A stretch of DNA of 55,273 nucleotides from Candidatus Bathyarchaeota archaeon JdFR-07 (lineage in GTDB: Archaea; Thermoproteota; Bathyarchaeia; Bathyarchaeales; Bathycorpusculaceae), in assembly GCA_002010975.1 (NCBI GenBank), contig MTLU01000043.1, positions 1 to 55,273 on the forward strand. Reading direction: 5' to 3'. Numbering within the stretch: position 1 is the first letter of the stretch; the number at the start of each line of letters is the position of its first letter. Shown here piece by piece: positions 8,849-17,868 of this stretch. A program made the translations under genes and the position numbers. The notes under the pieces were generated by a model that made no database searches, had not been told where the DNA came from, and saw only the letters and a list, made by a program, of their open reading frames with translations.

Positions 8849-9862
8849 CTATTTTCCTTGGGGTGATTCAAGGGACACATATGTTATTTGACGTGGTTCT
8901 TCTGCAAGCTGTTTCGGTGGACGCACAGCATAGCGTAGTCGTATTGGACGTTTCTCTGGACCAGGGATGCTTCCTTCTATAAGCATGTAGGCACCTCGAA
9001 TTATGCCATAGCGTATGAAACCGCCCTTAGGAGTGATTTCTTTTCCGTCGGTTCCGATTTTCAATATGCATTTGTTGTATTCGGTTCTTTGATGGAACCC
9101 CATTTGCCCGGCTCTCGGCACACTATACATAACACGAGCAGGCTTCCAGGGACCAAGAGTGGCCACACCTCTTTTGGTTTTCCTTCCCTTATGTTGAAGG
9201 ATTGTTATACCCCAACGTTTTACAGGTCCTTGAAATCCTTTTCCAGTAGAAACTGCTATTACGTCTACATATTGACCTTCCTTGAATATCTCTGCAGGAG
9301 TTACTGTTTTTCCAAGTAGACCTTTTGCATACTCGAATTGCTGTGGGATCGTTCCGCCTCCTATTTTTATTTCCGCCACTTCTGGTTTTTTCTTGGGAAC
9401 ACTTGCCTGTTTTGGCTGAGTTATAGCAATAACGTGAATCCGATCTATTTTTTCCAAATTCTCTGCGATCTTTCGAAGATTTTCTTCGGTGTTGAACTTT
9501 TCGGGAAGCGTAAATACTCGATCAAGTTCTTTCGGCGGATTTTCCATCCAAGCTTCAGTAAAAGTTTGCAGACCGTAAGGAGTTTTGGTGTATGCTCTTA
9601 CAGCACATATAAGCATAGGTGGTGTTTCCAAAACGGTTGCAGAGCGAATTACCTCATTTCCATAATTAGGTGACCGTTTTCTATTTGCTATCGCAAAAAC
9701 ATGAGTCATGCCAGCTTTATAACCGATAAAACCTAGAAGTTTTGGTGTATCGGCTTCAATTTCCGGCCAATAACGGACTCTAGCAAGTAAACGTTTAGCG
9801 CGTTTCCTAGGTGAATATGCAAGGGATCCATGTTTTGGCGCATGCTTTTTTCTATGACCCAT
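8849..9862 (-). CDS. rpl3: 50S ribosomal protein L3 (uL3)
   Basis: MGHRKKHAPKHGSLAY ... GYKAGMTHV ... GKGFQGPVKRWG. Confidence 0.95.
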   Translation of the reverse strand: MGHRKKHAPKHGSLAYSPRKRAKRLLARVRYWPEIEADTPKLLGFIGYKAGMTHVFAIANRKRSPNYGNEVIRSATVLETPPMLICAVRAYTKTPYGLQTFTEAWMENPPKELDRVFTLPEKFNTEENLRKIAENLEKIDRIHVIAITQPKQASVPKKKPEVAEIKIGGGTIPQQFEYAKGLLGKTVTPAEIFKEGQYVDVIAVSTGKGFQGPVKRWGITILQHKGRKTKRGVATLGPWKPARVMYSVPRAGQMGFHQRTEYNKCILKIGTDGKEITPKGGFIRYGIIRGAYMLIEGSIPGPEKRPIRLRYAVRPPKQLAEEPRQITYVSLESPQGK

Positions 9863-9903
9863 TGTTCGTCCGCTTCGCGTCTTTTAGGAATAAAAACATT
9901 GAG

Positions 9904-9910
9904 TTATAAA
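9904..9910 (-). promoter_or_regulatory. candidate TATA box of the L3-L4-L23-L2-S19 operon
   Basis: TTTATAA on the minus strand, ~42-48 nt upstream of the L3 ATG. Confidence 0.3.
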
Positions 9911-10124
9911 CGTTACCATTCAGACCGACTTTTAGAGTGGTTAACATTTCGGGCATATATAATAGGAGGATGTGCTTCCTGTTCCGATTTTTTCTATGAG
10001 TATTCTGCAATTTGGACACAGTTTCCTGTTTCGTACCAACAAGGATTTCGTTTATAGTAGATTGCCAAGCAATAACTATTATTTCCGTTAATTCCATCGG
10101 CAGTTTTCACAATCCAAAGGAAAG

Positions 10125-10601
10125 CTATATCCTTTCGTCTAGGTAGCAATAGCCCGAATCTACCTTGTTCTGCATCTCCTTAATCCATTTATCAATGCCA
10201 ACGGATTTTATTTTCCTCAGTCCTTCTAATGCTTTGGACCCATATCTTTGAACTTTTTCACAAGTCTCCATGGAATCACATTTTGCACAAGTAGCATACT
10301 TCTTTTTTTGGGCACATGAGCGCACTGCACAATTAGGATCTCCACCCCCTGCCGCACATCCTGGGCATTCTCCAAACAATTTTACCAACCCGCTCATTAC
10401 ACTTTCGAATTCTGGATAATGTTGGAGAGTTGGCTCCCATTTAACTAGTTCTGGCATAATCTTGTCAAACCCGTAAGCTCTTATGACATTTAGAAGGTTT
10501 TCAACAGCTTCTTTTATTTTTCCTTGATATATTCCGCAGGCGCCACAAAAGTTTTTCCTTATCAATTGTCCAGTTGAAAGCCATTTCTTGTAAGAAACCA
10601 A
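10125..10601 (-). CDS. DUF3795-type cysteine-rich protein
   Basis: CGACGIYQG ... CPGCAAGGGDPNCAVRSCAQKKKYATCAKCDSMETCEK. Paralog of 28878..29321. TTG start. Confidence 0.7.
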   Translation of the reverse strand: MVSYKKWLSTGQLIRKNFCGACGIYQGKIKEAVENLLNVIRAYGFDKIMPELVKWEPTLQHYPEFESVMSGLVKLFGECPGCAAGGGDPNCAVRSCAQKKKYATCAKCDSMETCEKVQRYGSKALEGLRKIKSVGIDKWIKEMQNKVDSGYCYLDERI

Positions 10602-10655
10602 AAAGAATTAATTTTTGCTACACACTACATTTTAAAAAAGTAGGATAGGATTGAT

Positions 10656-10883
10656 GTGAAAACATATTTGAGTATAATATTTTACAGTGAAGGCACAAAC
10701 CCTATAGAAGTTGTCGAAAGACTTCGTTCTTTAGGATTTGAACCAGTTAAAGGAGTTCATGACCACGTCTATGACTGGGGTAAACGAAAGGTAGATTTAG
10801 ATGATATACTTAAAATTGCGAACTCTGTACATGAAACTCTGAAAGGGCTGAAAGTGTTCTATAAATTAGAGACGACGGAATAA
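10656..10883 (+). CDS. hypothetical small protein (75 aa)
   Basis: GTG-initiated ORF with non-repetitive alpha/beta-like composition. No family recognised. Confidence 0.4.
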   Translation: MKTYLSIIFYSEGTNPIEVVERLRSLGFEPVKGVHDHVYDWGKRKVDLDDILKIANSVHETLKGLKVFYKLETTE

Positions 10884-10884
10884 T

Positions 10885-11445
10885 TTAGTAAAAAAGTTTA
10901 AGGATTTTTTCAAAAATTTTTTCGGCGCACTGTAGTGGCAGAAATTTTGTAGTGTTAAGCGTTATTTCAGGGTTAATTGGTGGTTCGTAAGGTTGCCCAA
11001 TGCCAGGAACTGTGGAAGCTTTCCCTTCAAAGGCTTTAGTGTAAATCTGCTTCGGCGCTCCGTATGTTTTTTCACGTTTAGATTCTCGTTGAAAACAAAC
11101 TTCTAAGGGACATTCTAAGTAAGCTTCCATAAAACGTGAAATTTTTCTTCTTGCCCTTTGCCTATAACTTCTCAAATTGCCTGTTGCGTCAATTATAACA
11201 TTCACCCCGTTTTGAACCAAGAGCTTTGCAATATAAACTAGGGTAGCGTACACTATTTCACGTTCTTCAAGCGAGTAGGTTGGTCGTGGTGTTAAGACCT
11301 TGCGCAAAGCGTCAGAAGCCAAAATCTGAGCATGAATCCCTTTTTTCTCAAGAAGTCTGTATAAAGCCTCTGACACAACGGATTTTCCACTACCGGGTAA
11401 TCCAGTTATCCAAACACACCAACCGTCTTTTGGCATATTAGACAT
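10885..11445 (-). CDS. divergent adenylylsulfate (APS) kinase-like P-loop kinase
   Basis: P-loop ITGLPGSGKSV and overall APS-kinase layout. The canonical LDGDxxR and DRxEN motifs are replaced by LASDALR and LEEREIVY. Confidence 0.7.
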   Translation of the reverse strand: MSNMPKDGWCVWITGLPGSGKSVVSEALYRLLEKKGIHAQILASDALRKVLTPRPTYSLEEREIVYATLVYIAKLLVQNGVNVIIDATGNLRSYRQRARRKISRFMEAYLECPLEVCFQRESKREKTYGAPKQIYTKAFEGKASTVPGIGQPYEPPINPEITLNTTKFLPLQCAEKIFEKILKLFY

Positions 11446-11451
11446 CTACAC

Positions 11452-11850
11452 TTACTGACTAAGCTCTTTTACCTGCAAGTATCTTAAAAAAGAAAGGTTT
11501 CCAATTTTAAACAAATGACTTCTACATTCACAGTCACATGCTCCAAATCCTTTGATAGGTATACCTGTTGCATTAATTTTCTCTGCAATACGACATTCTT
11601 CTTTCTTGTCTGCTTCTTTGACGTATACTTTTAAAATTTCTGCAGCATCATTACTAAGTAAGTAGTCTATATGCCAAAATTTTCGTTTGTCTCTTTTAAA
11701 ATGTCTCGCTATACGCTTATGTAGGCTACGTTGTGCAGAGCCGACATAAACATAAAGCCCCTTATCAAAAATAGCAGTGCCTAAGGCACCTACTTTGACA
11801 GTAATCTTCTTATTTACAGAAATGAGCAAAAGATAAATTCCTTTCATCAT
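11452..11850 (-). CDS. DUF123 protein (GIY-YIG nuclease superfamily)
   Basis: KGIYLLL ... GLYVYVGSAQRSLHKRIARHFKRDKRKFWHIDYLL is the DUF123 signature. Confidence 0.75.
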   Translation of the reverse strand: MMKGIYLLLISVNKKITVKVGALGTAIFDKGLYVYVGSAQRSLHKRIARHFKRDKRKFWHIDYLLSNDAAEILKVYVKEADKKEECRIAEKINATGIPIKGFGACDCECRSHLFKIGNLSFLRYLQVKELSQ

Positions 11851-11960
11851 GGACGCTTATACCATTTCAAAATTTCTTTAGCAGCTTTGCTGGAATAGCC
11901 TATCTCCTTAAGAAGTTTCTCTAAATTCTTGACTAATTCCTCATCCAAGCACAACACCAC
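11847..11960 (-). CDS. candidate 37-aa micro-ORF translationally coupled to the DUF123 gene
   Basis: GTG 11960 to TGA 11847 encodes (M)VLCLDEELVKNLEKLLKEIGYSSKAAKEILKWYKRP. Its stop overlaps the DUF123 ATG as ATGA. Below the ORF-track length cutoff. Confidence 0.3.
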   Translation of the reverse strand: MVLCLDEELVKNLEKLLKEIGYSSKAAKEILKWYKRP

Positions 11961-12051
11961 AGACCTATGAAATATTACAATGAAACCTATTTATTCTTTA
12001 GTTCCAAAGAGAAATAAAGTAAGCTATGCGGAAAAATTCATCAGATAGTTA

Positions 12052-13158
12052 TCACTGAAGATACAAGTTTACGTTTTCTAAGTCAAATTTTTCGATTTGC
12101 AATACATTTTTAATGAAATTAAAAAGTTTAACACGAACACTTTGGGTAAGACTCGGATACCAAATAGGTGAAGCAACGACCAAACCACGCCAAGCATAAA
12201 AGGGTTGGATCACTTCTAGAATTTCATAATCATCGGTCTTATGCAAATAATTTTCCCAAAAAAGCTTAAACAGTTTCTCGAAAACCCCGAACATTTTACC
12301 ATATTTTCGGACAGAATAGAAAATGTAGTTAATCGTCATCGCTGCCACATCATCAGCAGGCTCGCCCCACTCTCCACGGCTGCGATCTAAAACAGTAAAA
12401 TTAACATCATCGTGAAACATAATATTCCAAGGATGAAAGTCGCCATGAACTTGGCTAAGTCTATGGGCTTTACGCTTAAGTCGCCAACGCCACACCACGC
12501 ATTTTTGTTCGATATCGATCAATGTTGACTCGTCAACGAAATTGAGGTTAGGTGGATAACTATCTAATAAGCCCATTATACATTCACCGTGTCCAACAAG
12601 CTCTCGTGCCCGTCTAATATAAAGCCATGGAGCCTCGTGTTTGACACTATGAATTTCTACAAGATAGTCAGATAAAGCGGCGCATCGCTTTTCATCTATT
12701 TCAGTTAATTGTTCTTTATCTTTAATTCGATCTAAGTCTTTATGGTAAAGTTCACCCTCCACATATTCGGTTACAATAAAAAATTCGCTGCAATCTCCCA
12801 AAGATTTAAGAGATTTCCTTTTATAAGTAAAGGCGCCCACATCCACTGATCGCACATGACGAGGCAGCTTGTTAAACGCTGAGTGCTGCCACAGCAAAAT
12901 TTGTGCCCTGTCAGAAAAATGATCGTGCCCAAATCCCTCTAGGCGTAAAGTTTCTAAAACCACCTTTTTAATTTCACCATTCACACGAAACTCAATGATG
13001 TAAGGAATTCCATAGCCAAAGGCTTTCAAGCTCTTTAACGCTTCCTTCTTTTCGCAACCAAGCCTCCAAATACCACAAAGTTCTATTTCCTTCTCATAGA
13101 TGGAAGAAAGATACTTCTTAACACTTGTTTCAGAAATTCCAATTAAACCTTTACTCAT
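12052..13158 (-). CDS. aminoglycoside-phosphotransferase-fold (APH / protein-kinase-like) kinase
   Basis: Catalytic loop HGDFHPWNIMF followed by LDRSRGEWGEPADD. 368 aa. Confidence 0.7.
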   Translation of the reverse strand: MSKGLIGISETSVKKYLSSIYEKEIELCGIWRLGCEKKEALKSLKAFGYGIPYIIEFRVNGEIKKVVLETLRLEGFGHDHFSDRAQILLWQHSAFNKLPRHVRSVDVGAFTYKRKSLKSLGDCSEFFIVTEYVEGELYHKDLDRIKDKEQLTEIDEKRCAALSDYLVEIHSVKHEAPWLYIRRARELVGHGECIMGLLDSYPPNLNFVDESTLIDIEQKCVVWRWRLKRKAHRLSQVHGDFHPWNIMFHDDVNFTVLDRSRGEWGEPADDVAAMTINYIFYSVRKYGKMFGVFEKLFKLFWENYLHKTDDYEILEVIQPFYAWRGLVVASPIWYPSLTQSVRVKLFNFIKNVLQIEKFDLENVNLYLQ

Positions 13159-13355
13159 TTTTCCACTTCCAAGGATCCATTAACAACTAAATAAAAGCAG
13201 TACTTAAGCTATGAGCAAACTGTCAGAAATGAAGGAAAATGTTGAAGTGCTTCGAGAAGTTGGCGAGAACAAATATGAGAAAATCAAGTTATAATGCGAG
13301 TTAAAAGCCAACGTTAAATAGACGTTTTCAGAATCTCCATAAGGAAGGGAAATGG

Positions 13356-14612
13356 ATGAGTGAATTTAAAGTTAAGAATTCAACGTTAGCTTCCAAGGGA
13401 CATTTACAGATAGAATGGGCTTCGAAGCGGATGCCAGTTTTAAGCAAAATTAAGGAAAGATTTGCAAAAGAAAAACCCTTAAAAGGGCTAACTTTGGGTG
13501 CCTGTCTCCATGTAACAAAGGAAACAGCAGTTCTTGTCGACGTTCTTCACGCTGGCGGGGCTAGAGTTGCTTTATGCGGTTCTAATCCCCTTTCCACTCA
13601 AGACGATGTAGCTGCAGCTTTAGCAGAAAAAGGCATTCACATTTTTGCATGGCGAGGACAAACAACAGAGGAATATTACTGGTGCATGAACCAAGTGATA
13701 GATTATGGTCCAGAAATAACACTGGACGATGGTGCAGACCTTGTTAGCACCATTCACAACAAAAGAAAAGAAGCACTACCAAACATCAAAGGTGGAACAG
13801 AAGAAACCACAACTGGCTTAATGAGACTAAAAGCTATGGAAAAAAGTGGCGCATTAAAATATGCAATAATTGCAGTAAACGATGCATACACAAAATATTT
13901 GTTTGACAATCGCTACGGAACCGGTCAAAGTACTATAGATGGAATCTTGCGAGCTACTAACATTCTTTTGGCGGGGAAAAACTTTGTTGTTTGTGGTTAT
14001 GGATGGTGTGGAAGAGGGTTGGCTATGAGAGCCCATGGAATGGGAGCCAACGTAATAGTAACAGAGGTGGATCCTTTAAGATCCCTGGAAGCAGTGATGA
14101 ATGGTTACCGTGTAATGCCTATGGATCAAGCGGCTGAGACAGGGGACATATTTGTAACAACTACAGGCAACATAAACGTTATACGAAGCGAACATTTTCG
14201 AAAAATGAAGGATGGCGCAATACTCGCAAATAGCGGTCATTTCAACGTTGAAATAGACATAGAAAGCTTGGAAAAACTCACCGTTTCAAGGAGAAAAATA
14301 AGAACGAATCTGGAGGAATATTCTTTAAAAGATGGAAGAAAAATATATCTTCTGGCAGAAGGAAGACTTGTAAATCTAGCCGCAGCTGAAGGGCATCCGT
14401 CTGAAGTTATGGATATGTCTTTTGCAAACCAAGCTTTATCAGTTGAATATCTGGCTAAGAAAGAAAAAATGCTGCCCAAAGTTTATCCAGTGCCAAAGGA
14501 AATAGACAAAAAAGTGGCAAGCCTGAAACTTGACTCTATGGGTATAGAGATTGATAAATTAACAGAAGAACAAAAAGAGTATTTAGCAACGTGGGAAATG
14601 GGAACTACATAG
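13356..14612 (+). CDS. ahcY: adenosylhomocysteinase
   Basis: [26 protein letters not shown] site [18 protein letters not shown]. Confidence 0.95.
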   Translation: MSEFKVKNSTLASKGHLQIEWASKRMPVLSKIKERFAKEKPLKGLTLGACLHVTKETAVLVDVLHAGGARVALCGSNPLSTQDDVAAALAEKGIHIFAWRGQTTEEYYWCMNQVIDYGPEITLDDGADLVSTIHNKRKEALPNIKGGTEETTTGLMRLKAMEKSGALKYAIIAVNDAYTKYLFDNRYGTGQSTIDGILRATNILLAGKNFVVCGYGWCGRGLAMRAHGMGANVIVTEVDPLRSLEAVMNGYRVMPMDQAAETGDIFVTTTGNINVIRSEHFRKMKDGAILANSGHFNVEIDIESLEKLTVSRRKIRTNLEEYSLKDGRKIYLLAEGRLVNLAAAEGHPSEVMDMSFANQALSVEYLAKKEKMLPKVYPVPKEIDKKVASLKLDSMGIEIDKLTEEQKEYLATWEMGTT

Positions 14613-14623
14613 TTAATTAGCCA

Positions 14624-15055
14624 ATGTCGATGGTAAACTTTAAAAAGAGAATGCAAGTAAACATGGCATACAGCGGAGATGAAAAAATGGTTAGTAAAGA
14701 TCAGGCAATAGGTGGAATTATATTCATAGTGTGTTTAGTTATAGCACTCGTCTATTTGGTGACACTCTTCTATCCACAATGGCTGGAAATTGTCGGAATA
14801 AGCGTGAACACTAACTGGATCCACAATGTGCAATTTTGGGTCATTGCAATACCTGTATTCATTGCTTTTATAGCGATAATGGGGATTGGCGCTTGGATAG
14901 GTTGGACAATGGCAACCACACCACCTCCCAAACCAATAGAAGAAATCACAAGTGAAATTGAAGAAAAAACTGAGATTGAAGAAAAGGAAGAACCTGCCAA
15001 AATCGAAAAAGAAGAAAAGAAAAAGCCTACGAGAAGAAAGAAAAGCGAAAAATAG
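14624..15055 (+). CDS. small membrane protein with a K/E-rich tail
   Basis: Two hydrophobic helices (IGGIIFIVCLVIALVYLVTLFY and FWVIAIPVFIAFIAIMGIGAWIGW), then an EEKxE repeat tail. Confidence 0.55.
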   Translation: MSMVNFKKRMQVNMAYSGDEKMVSKDQAIGGIIFIVCLVIALVYLVTLFYPQWLEIVGISVNTNWIHNVQFWVIAIPVFIAFIAIMGIGAWIGWTMATTPPPKPIEEITSEIEEKTEIEEKEEPAKIEKEEKKKPTRRKKSEK

Positions 15056-15188
15056 CAATCAATTTTCCAAAGTTTCTTCCATTGTATCGACTTCCTTCCA
15101 TTTTAGTTGCGCAATTTAAAAATTCTAGTTTACATCATTCTGAAGATAAAATTATTCGAAAGAGAATTAACTTTTACAATGCAAATGT

Positions 15189-15764
15189 TTAAGGGGAAGC
15201 TAACTTTTTAAGATCTTCCTCCCCTTCCGCGTAACCTGAAGCTATTAAAATATCGCCCGCTTGAATCCTTGTTTGGGGTTTAGGTCGAATACCTTTATCA
15301 CCTCTTCTTATAGCTAGAATCCACATACCAGTCTCCTCTGGAACCTTAGCCTCGCGTAAGGTCTTGTTTACAAGCGGAGAGTTTTCAGACACAGTTACGT
15401 ATGTAACCGTTTCTTCAGCTTCCTCTATTGTAAGTTTCAGCACTGGATGCGGGGCTATTTCTCTTAACACAACCTCAGCTATTTCTGCAGCAGCATCCGC
15501 AATTTTCTCAGTTACAACTCCCAACCTTATTAACCCAAGAAAGCCTCGAGCCTCCTCCCTTTTAAATCCGCTTGACAAAACCAGTAACTCAAAATCTGTG
15601 TGTAATCTATCCACATATTCCTCTAGTTTCTCCACTTCTTCAGCTAATTCCTTACTATTCATTAACAAAGACGAATAAGCCAAATCCATCATAAGCTCAG
15701 AAGTATTCTTTAGTTCAACAAACATTTCAACTATTTTTTCAAATTTTTGTCTTCTCTTAGACAT
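15189..15764 (-). CDS. PhoU-like / TrkA-C (RCK C-terminal) regulatory protein, COG0490-like
   Basis: ELMMDLAYSSLL N-domain and a C-terminal TrkA-C pattern (LREAKVPEETGMWILAIRRGDK...IQAGDILIASG). ATG 15764 avoids overlap with the upstream paralog. Confidence 0.75.
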   Translation of the reverse strand: MSKRRQKFEKIVEMFVELKNTSELMMDLAYSSLLMNSKELAEEVEKLEEYVDRLHTDFELLVLSSGFKREEARGFLGLIRLGVVTEKIADAAAEIAEVVLREIAPHPVLKLTIEEAEETVTYVTVSENSPLVNKTLREAKVPEETGMWILAIRRGDKGIRPKPQTRIQAGDILIASGYAEGEEDLKKLASP

Positions 15765-15768
15765 GTCG

Positions 15769-16443
15769 CTAATCCTCCAGTCTGCGCCGTTTCCCTTCAC
15801 ACAGTTCCTTGAATTCTTCTAAACCAGTAGAAGTTCCGCGGGCAATGAGAATGTCTCCAGCTTGGATTTTTTCGTTTTCTTTAGGATCGATTATCCATTC
15901 TTTGTTTCGCCGAATAGCGATCACATCAACGCCCATTCTCGCTGCCAGCTCTAATTCACCTATTGATTTTCCAAGTAAGATAGATTGGGTTGCAACTCTA
16001 ACCCTTGTTAAACGCTCTTCGACTTTTTCGAAAATCTCTCCAACTATAGGATGTATTCCAATTTTTTGGGTAACTATAGCAGCTATATCCGCAGCAGCGT
16101 CAGAGATTTTGTCAGCTGCAGAAGCCACGGTAGAAACTCCGGCCAAAGATTCCGCTTCTTCAGGATCTCTTGCTGCAAGCATTATCTCCATTTCAAGCAG
16201 GTAAGATAACAGGTCTACTCTGTTTTCGAGTGCTAGTACATCTTCTGCTAATTCTTTATCATTAAACAGGGCCGCAGAATATGCTAAATCTATCATTAAT
16301 TCTGAAAGATTTTTCATCTCAAGGAGAAGTTCTCTAACAGGTACTGGGCGATACTCTATCTTTTCGAAATAGGGCATATCTTTGAGGTCGCTCCAAGTTG
16401 AACTATTATGAAAGAAGTATTTTAATTTATTAGTCTTTTCCAA
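15769..16443 (-). CDS. PhoU-like / TrkA-C regulatory protein, tandem paralog
   Basis: ELMIDLAYSAAL ... IGELELAARMGVDVIAIRRNKE...IQAGDILIARG. Start is either TTG 16443 or ATG 16377. Confidence 0.75.
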   Translation of the reverse strand: MEKTNKLKYFFHNSSTWSDLKDMPYFEKIEYRPVPVRELLLEMKNLSELMIDLAYSAALFNDKELAEDVLALENRVDLLSYLLEMEIMLAARDPEEAESLAGVSTVASAADKISDAAADIAAIVTQKIGIHPIVGEIFEKVEERLTRVRVATQSILLGKSIGELELAARMGVDVIAIRRNKEWIIDPKENEKIQAGDILIARGTSTGLEEFKELCEGKRRRLED

Positions 16444-16446
16444 AAA

Positions 16447-17625
16447 TTAGCCAGTCAAAAAGATTGCAGCAAGCAACGCTACAGTTGTGACACTGTCTGC
16501 TATAGAACTTTCAATAGGAATGACAAAATTATCAGGATCTAAACCTTTCTTAAAAGTCAAAATAGCCACCATATAAGAGATTAGAATCATTGCTGAAACA
16601 GCAAATAAGTTGGTGATTAGCAAAAGAGTGGAAAAATTAAAGAAAGCAGAAAGCATGTACACACGGTTCACATACAATGATATAGCCGAAAACGAGAGAA
16701 ACATTACCACAGAAGCTGCCCATGCCGCAAAAATCTGTTTAGAATGATCTCGCATGGCTGAAAGGGAAGGCTTAAGCAAACCTAATGCAAGTTTTGTCGT
16801 TGCCGTAGAACCAATAACAGAACCCACATCCCCTACAGTGTCGATTAAAGCCGGATAAACACTGTAAATGTCCCTGCGAAATCTTATTTGCTTAAGAACA
16901 GTACCAGTGACATTAACAATAAAAGCCACGATTAGCAATGTGGCTAGAGACTCCTTTATGGTCTTAACAAATTCTTCTCTTCTGAAATCTTTCAACATTA
17001 TGTATAAGCTCAAACATATATGGAATATAGCAACTAAAACAACTATGTACTTAGAAAATGCGTATAAGCCAAGTGTAAAAATGTAACAGAGAGTTATGAA
17101 TATGTCAGCTACAGTTGACATTATTGGATAGCCAATAACATCAGGATCCAAACCTTTCTGAAAAGTGGCAAAACCCACGCTTATGGTGAAAAAAGAAAGA
17201 ATCAGCCCAAAAGTCATAGTGGATAAGACTATTGTAAAGATCTCAAAAAAAGCATTAGAGGATAACCCCCAGAAGAAAGTGGCAAAAATCATTGAAAAAC
17301 CACTCATAACTATACTGGTTTCTAAAGTTATAACAATCACAGAGTCAAATAACACGTAAAAATTTTTCGTATTTCCCAGAAACTTTGGATAAACGATACC
17401 AAGATGAAGGGCCGTACCTAACCGCCCACTAAAAAGGCCGCTAATCATTCCCCTTGCGCTTAAAATGGCAGGGTAGACGGCTACTGCCCATGGGTATAAG
17501 TGGAAAATGTTAAAGTAGTAAACCACAAGAACTCCGGCGAGCACACCGCCAAAGTCAAAGGAGTAAGCGATTAACGTTTCTAAAAATGTTTTTGAAAATG
17601 TTTTGAGGTTTTCAGAGCTTGTCAT
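16447..17625 (-). CDS. MgtE/SLC41-like divalent cation transporter with an internally duplicated membrane domain
   Basis: Polytopic membrane protein carrying two copies of the MgtE-type motif: KGLDPDVIGYPIMSTVADIF and KGLDPDNFVIPIESSIADSV. Confidence 0.75.
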   Translation of the reverse strand: MTSSENLKTFSKTFLETLIAYSFDFGGVLAGVLVVYYFNIFHLYPWAVAVYPAILSARGMISGLFSGRLGTALHLGIVYPKFLGNTKNFYVLFDSVIVITLETSIVMSGFSMIFATFFWGLSSNAFFEIFTIVLSTMTFGLILSFFTISVGFATFQKGLDPDVIGYPIMSTVADIFITLCYIFTLGLYAFSKYIVVLVAIFHICLSLYIMLKDFRREEFVKTIKESLATLLIVAFIVNVTGTVLKQIRFRRDIYSVYPALIDTVGDVGSVIGSTATTKLALGLLKPSLSAMRDHSKQIFAAWAASVVMFLSFSAISLYVNRVYMLSAFFNFSTLLLITNLFAVSAMILISYMVAILTFKKGLDPDNFVIPIESSIADSVTTVALLAAIFLTG

Positions 17626-17694
17626 CGATAGAGAACCTCCTCTCTTTCAAGAAAAAACAAAATGGGAAAACGAAAAATTTCAGGTTCGTCTGAT

Positions 17695-17868
17695 TTAGAG
17701 GGATATGTATTTATAGGATTCTCTGTTCGGAGCGTTTGAAAATCGTTGTTGAGCAGAATGTTGGCTAGCCTCATCCTGGGCACCTTCTGAACCCTCTACA
17801 CCCTCGCCCATCCATACACCCCTCTGGGATAGAGCTTTCTTCTGTGAGCTTTCAAGCTCCACTCTCAT
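17695..17868 (-). CDS. candidate 57-aa ORF in a G+C-rich intergenic patch
   Basis: ATG 17868 is preceded by GGAG 6 nt upstream. Encodes MRVELESSQKKALSQRGVWMGEGVEGSEGAQDEASQHSAQQRFSNAPNRESYKYISL. Below the ORF-track cutoff and no family recognised. Confidence 0.2.
   Translation of the reverse strand: MRVELESSQKKALSQRGVWMGEGVEGSEGAQDEASQHSAQQRFSNAPNRESYKYISL

Noticed and set aside
8630-9673. Plus-strand ORFs 8630..8866, 8692..8982, 9089..9319 and 9338..9673.
   Set aside because: They are antisense to the clearly homologous L4 and L3 genes and have no motifs of their own.
13211-13294. 27-codon ORF (MSKLSEMKENVEVLREVGENKYEKIKL) in the divergent region upstream of ahcY, considered as a possible leader peptide.
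   Set aside because: It has no SD-like sequence, no coupling to a neighbour and no recognisable attenuator structure. It cannot be told apart from chance.
14735-15058. Minus-strand ORFs 14735..15058 and 14770..15000.
   Set aside because: They mirror the K/E-rich tail and TM region of the plus-strand membrane protein. The Phe/Leu-rich low-complexity translation is an antisense artefact.
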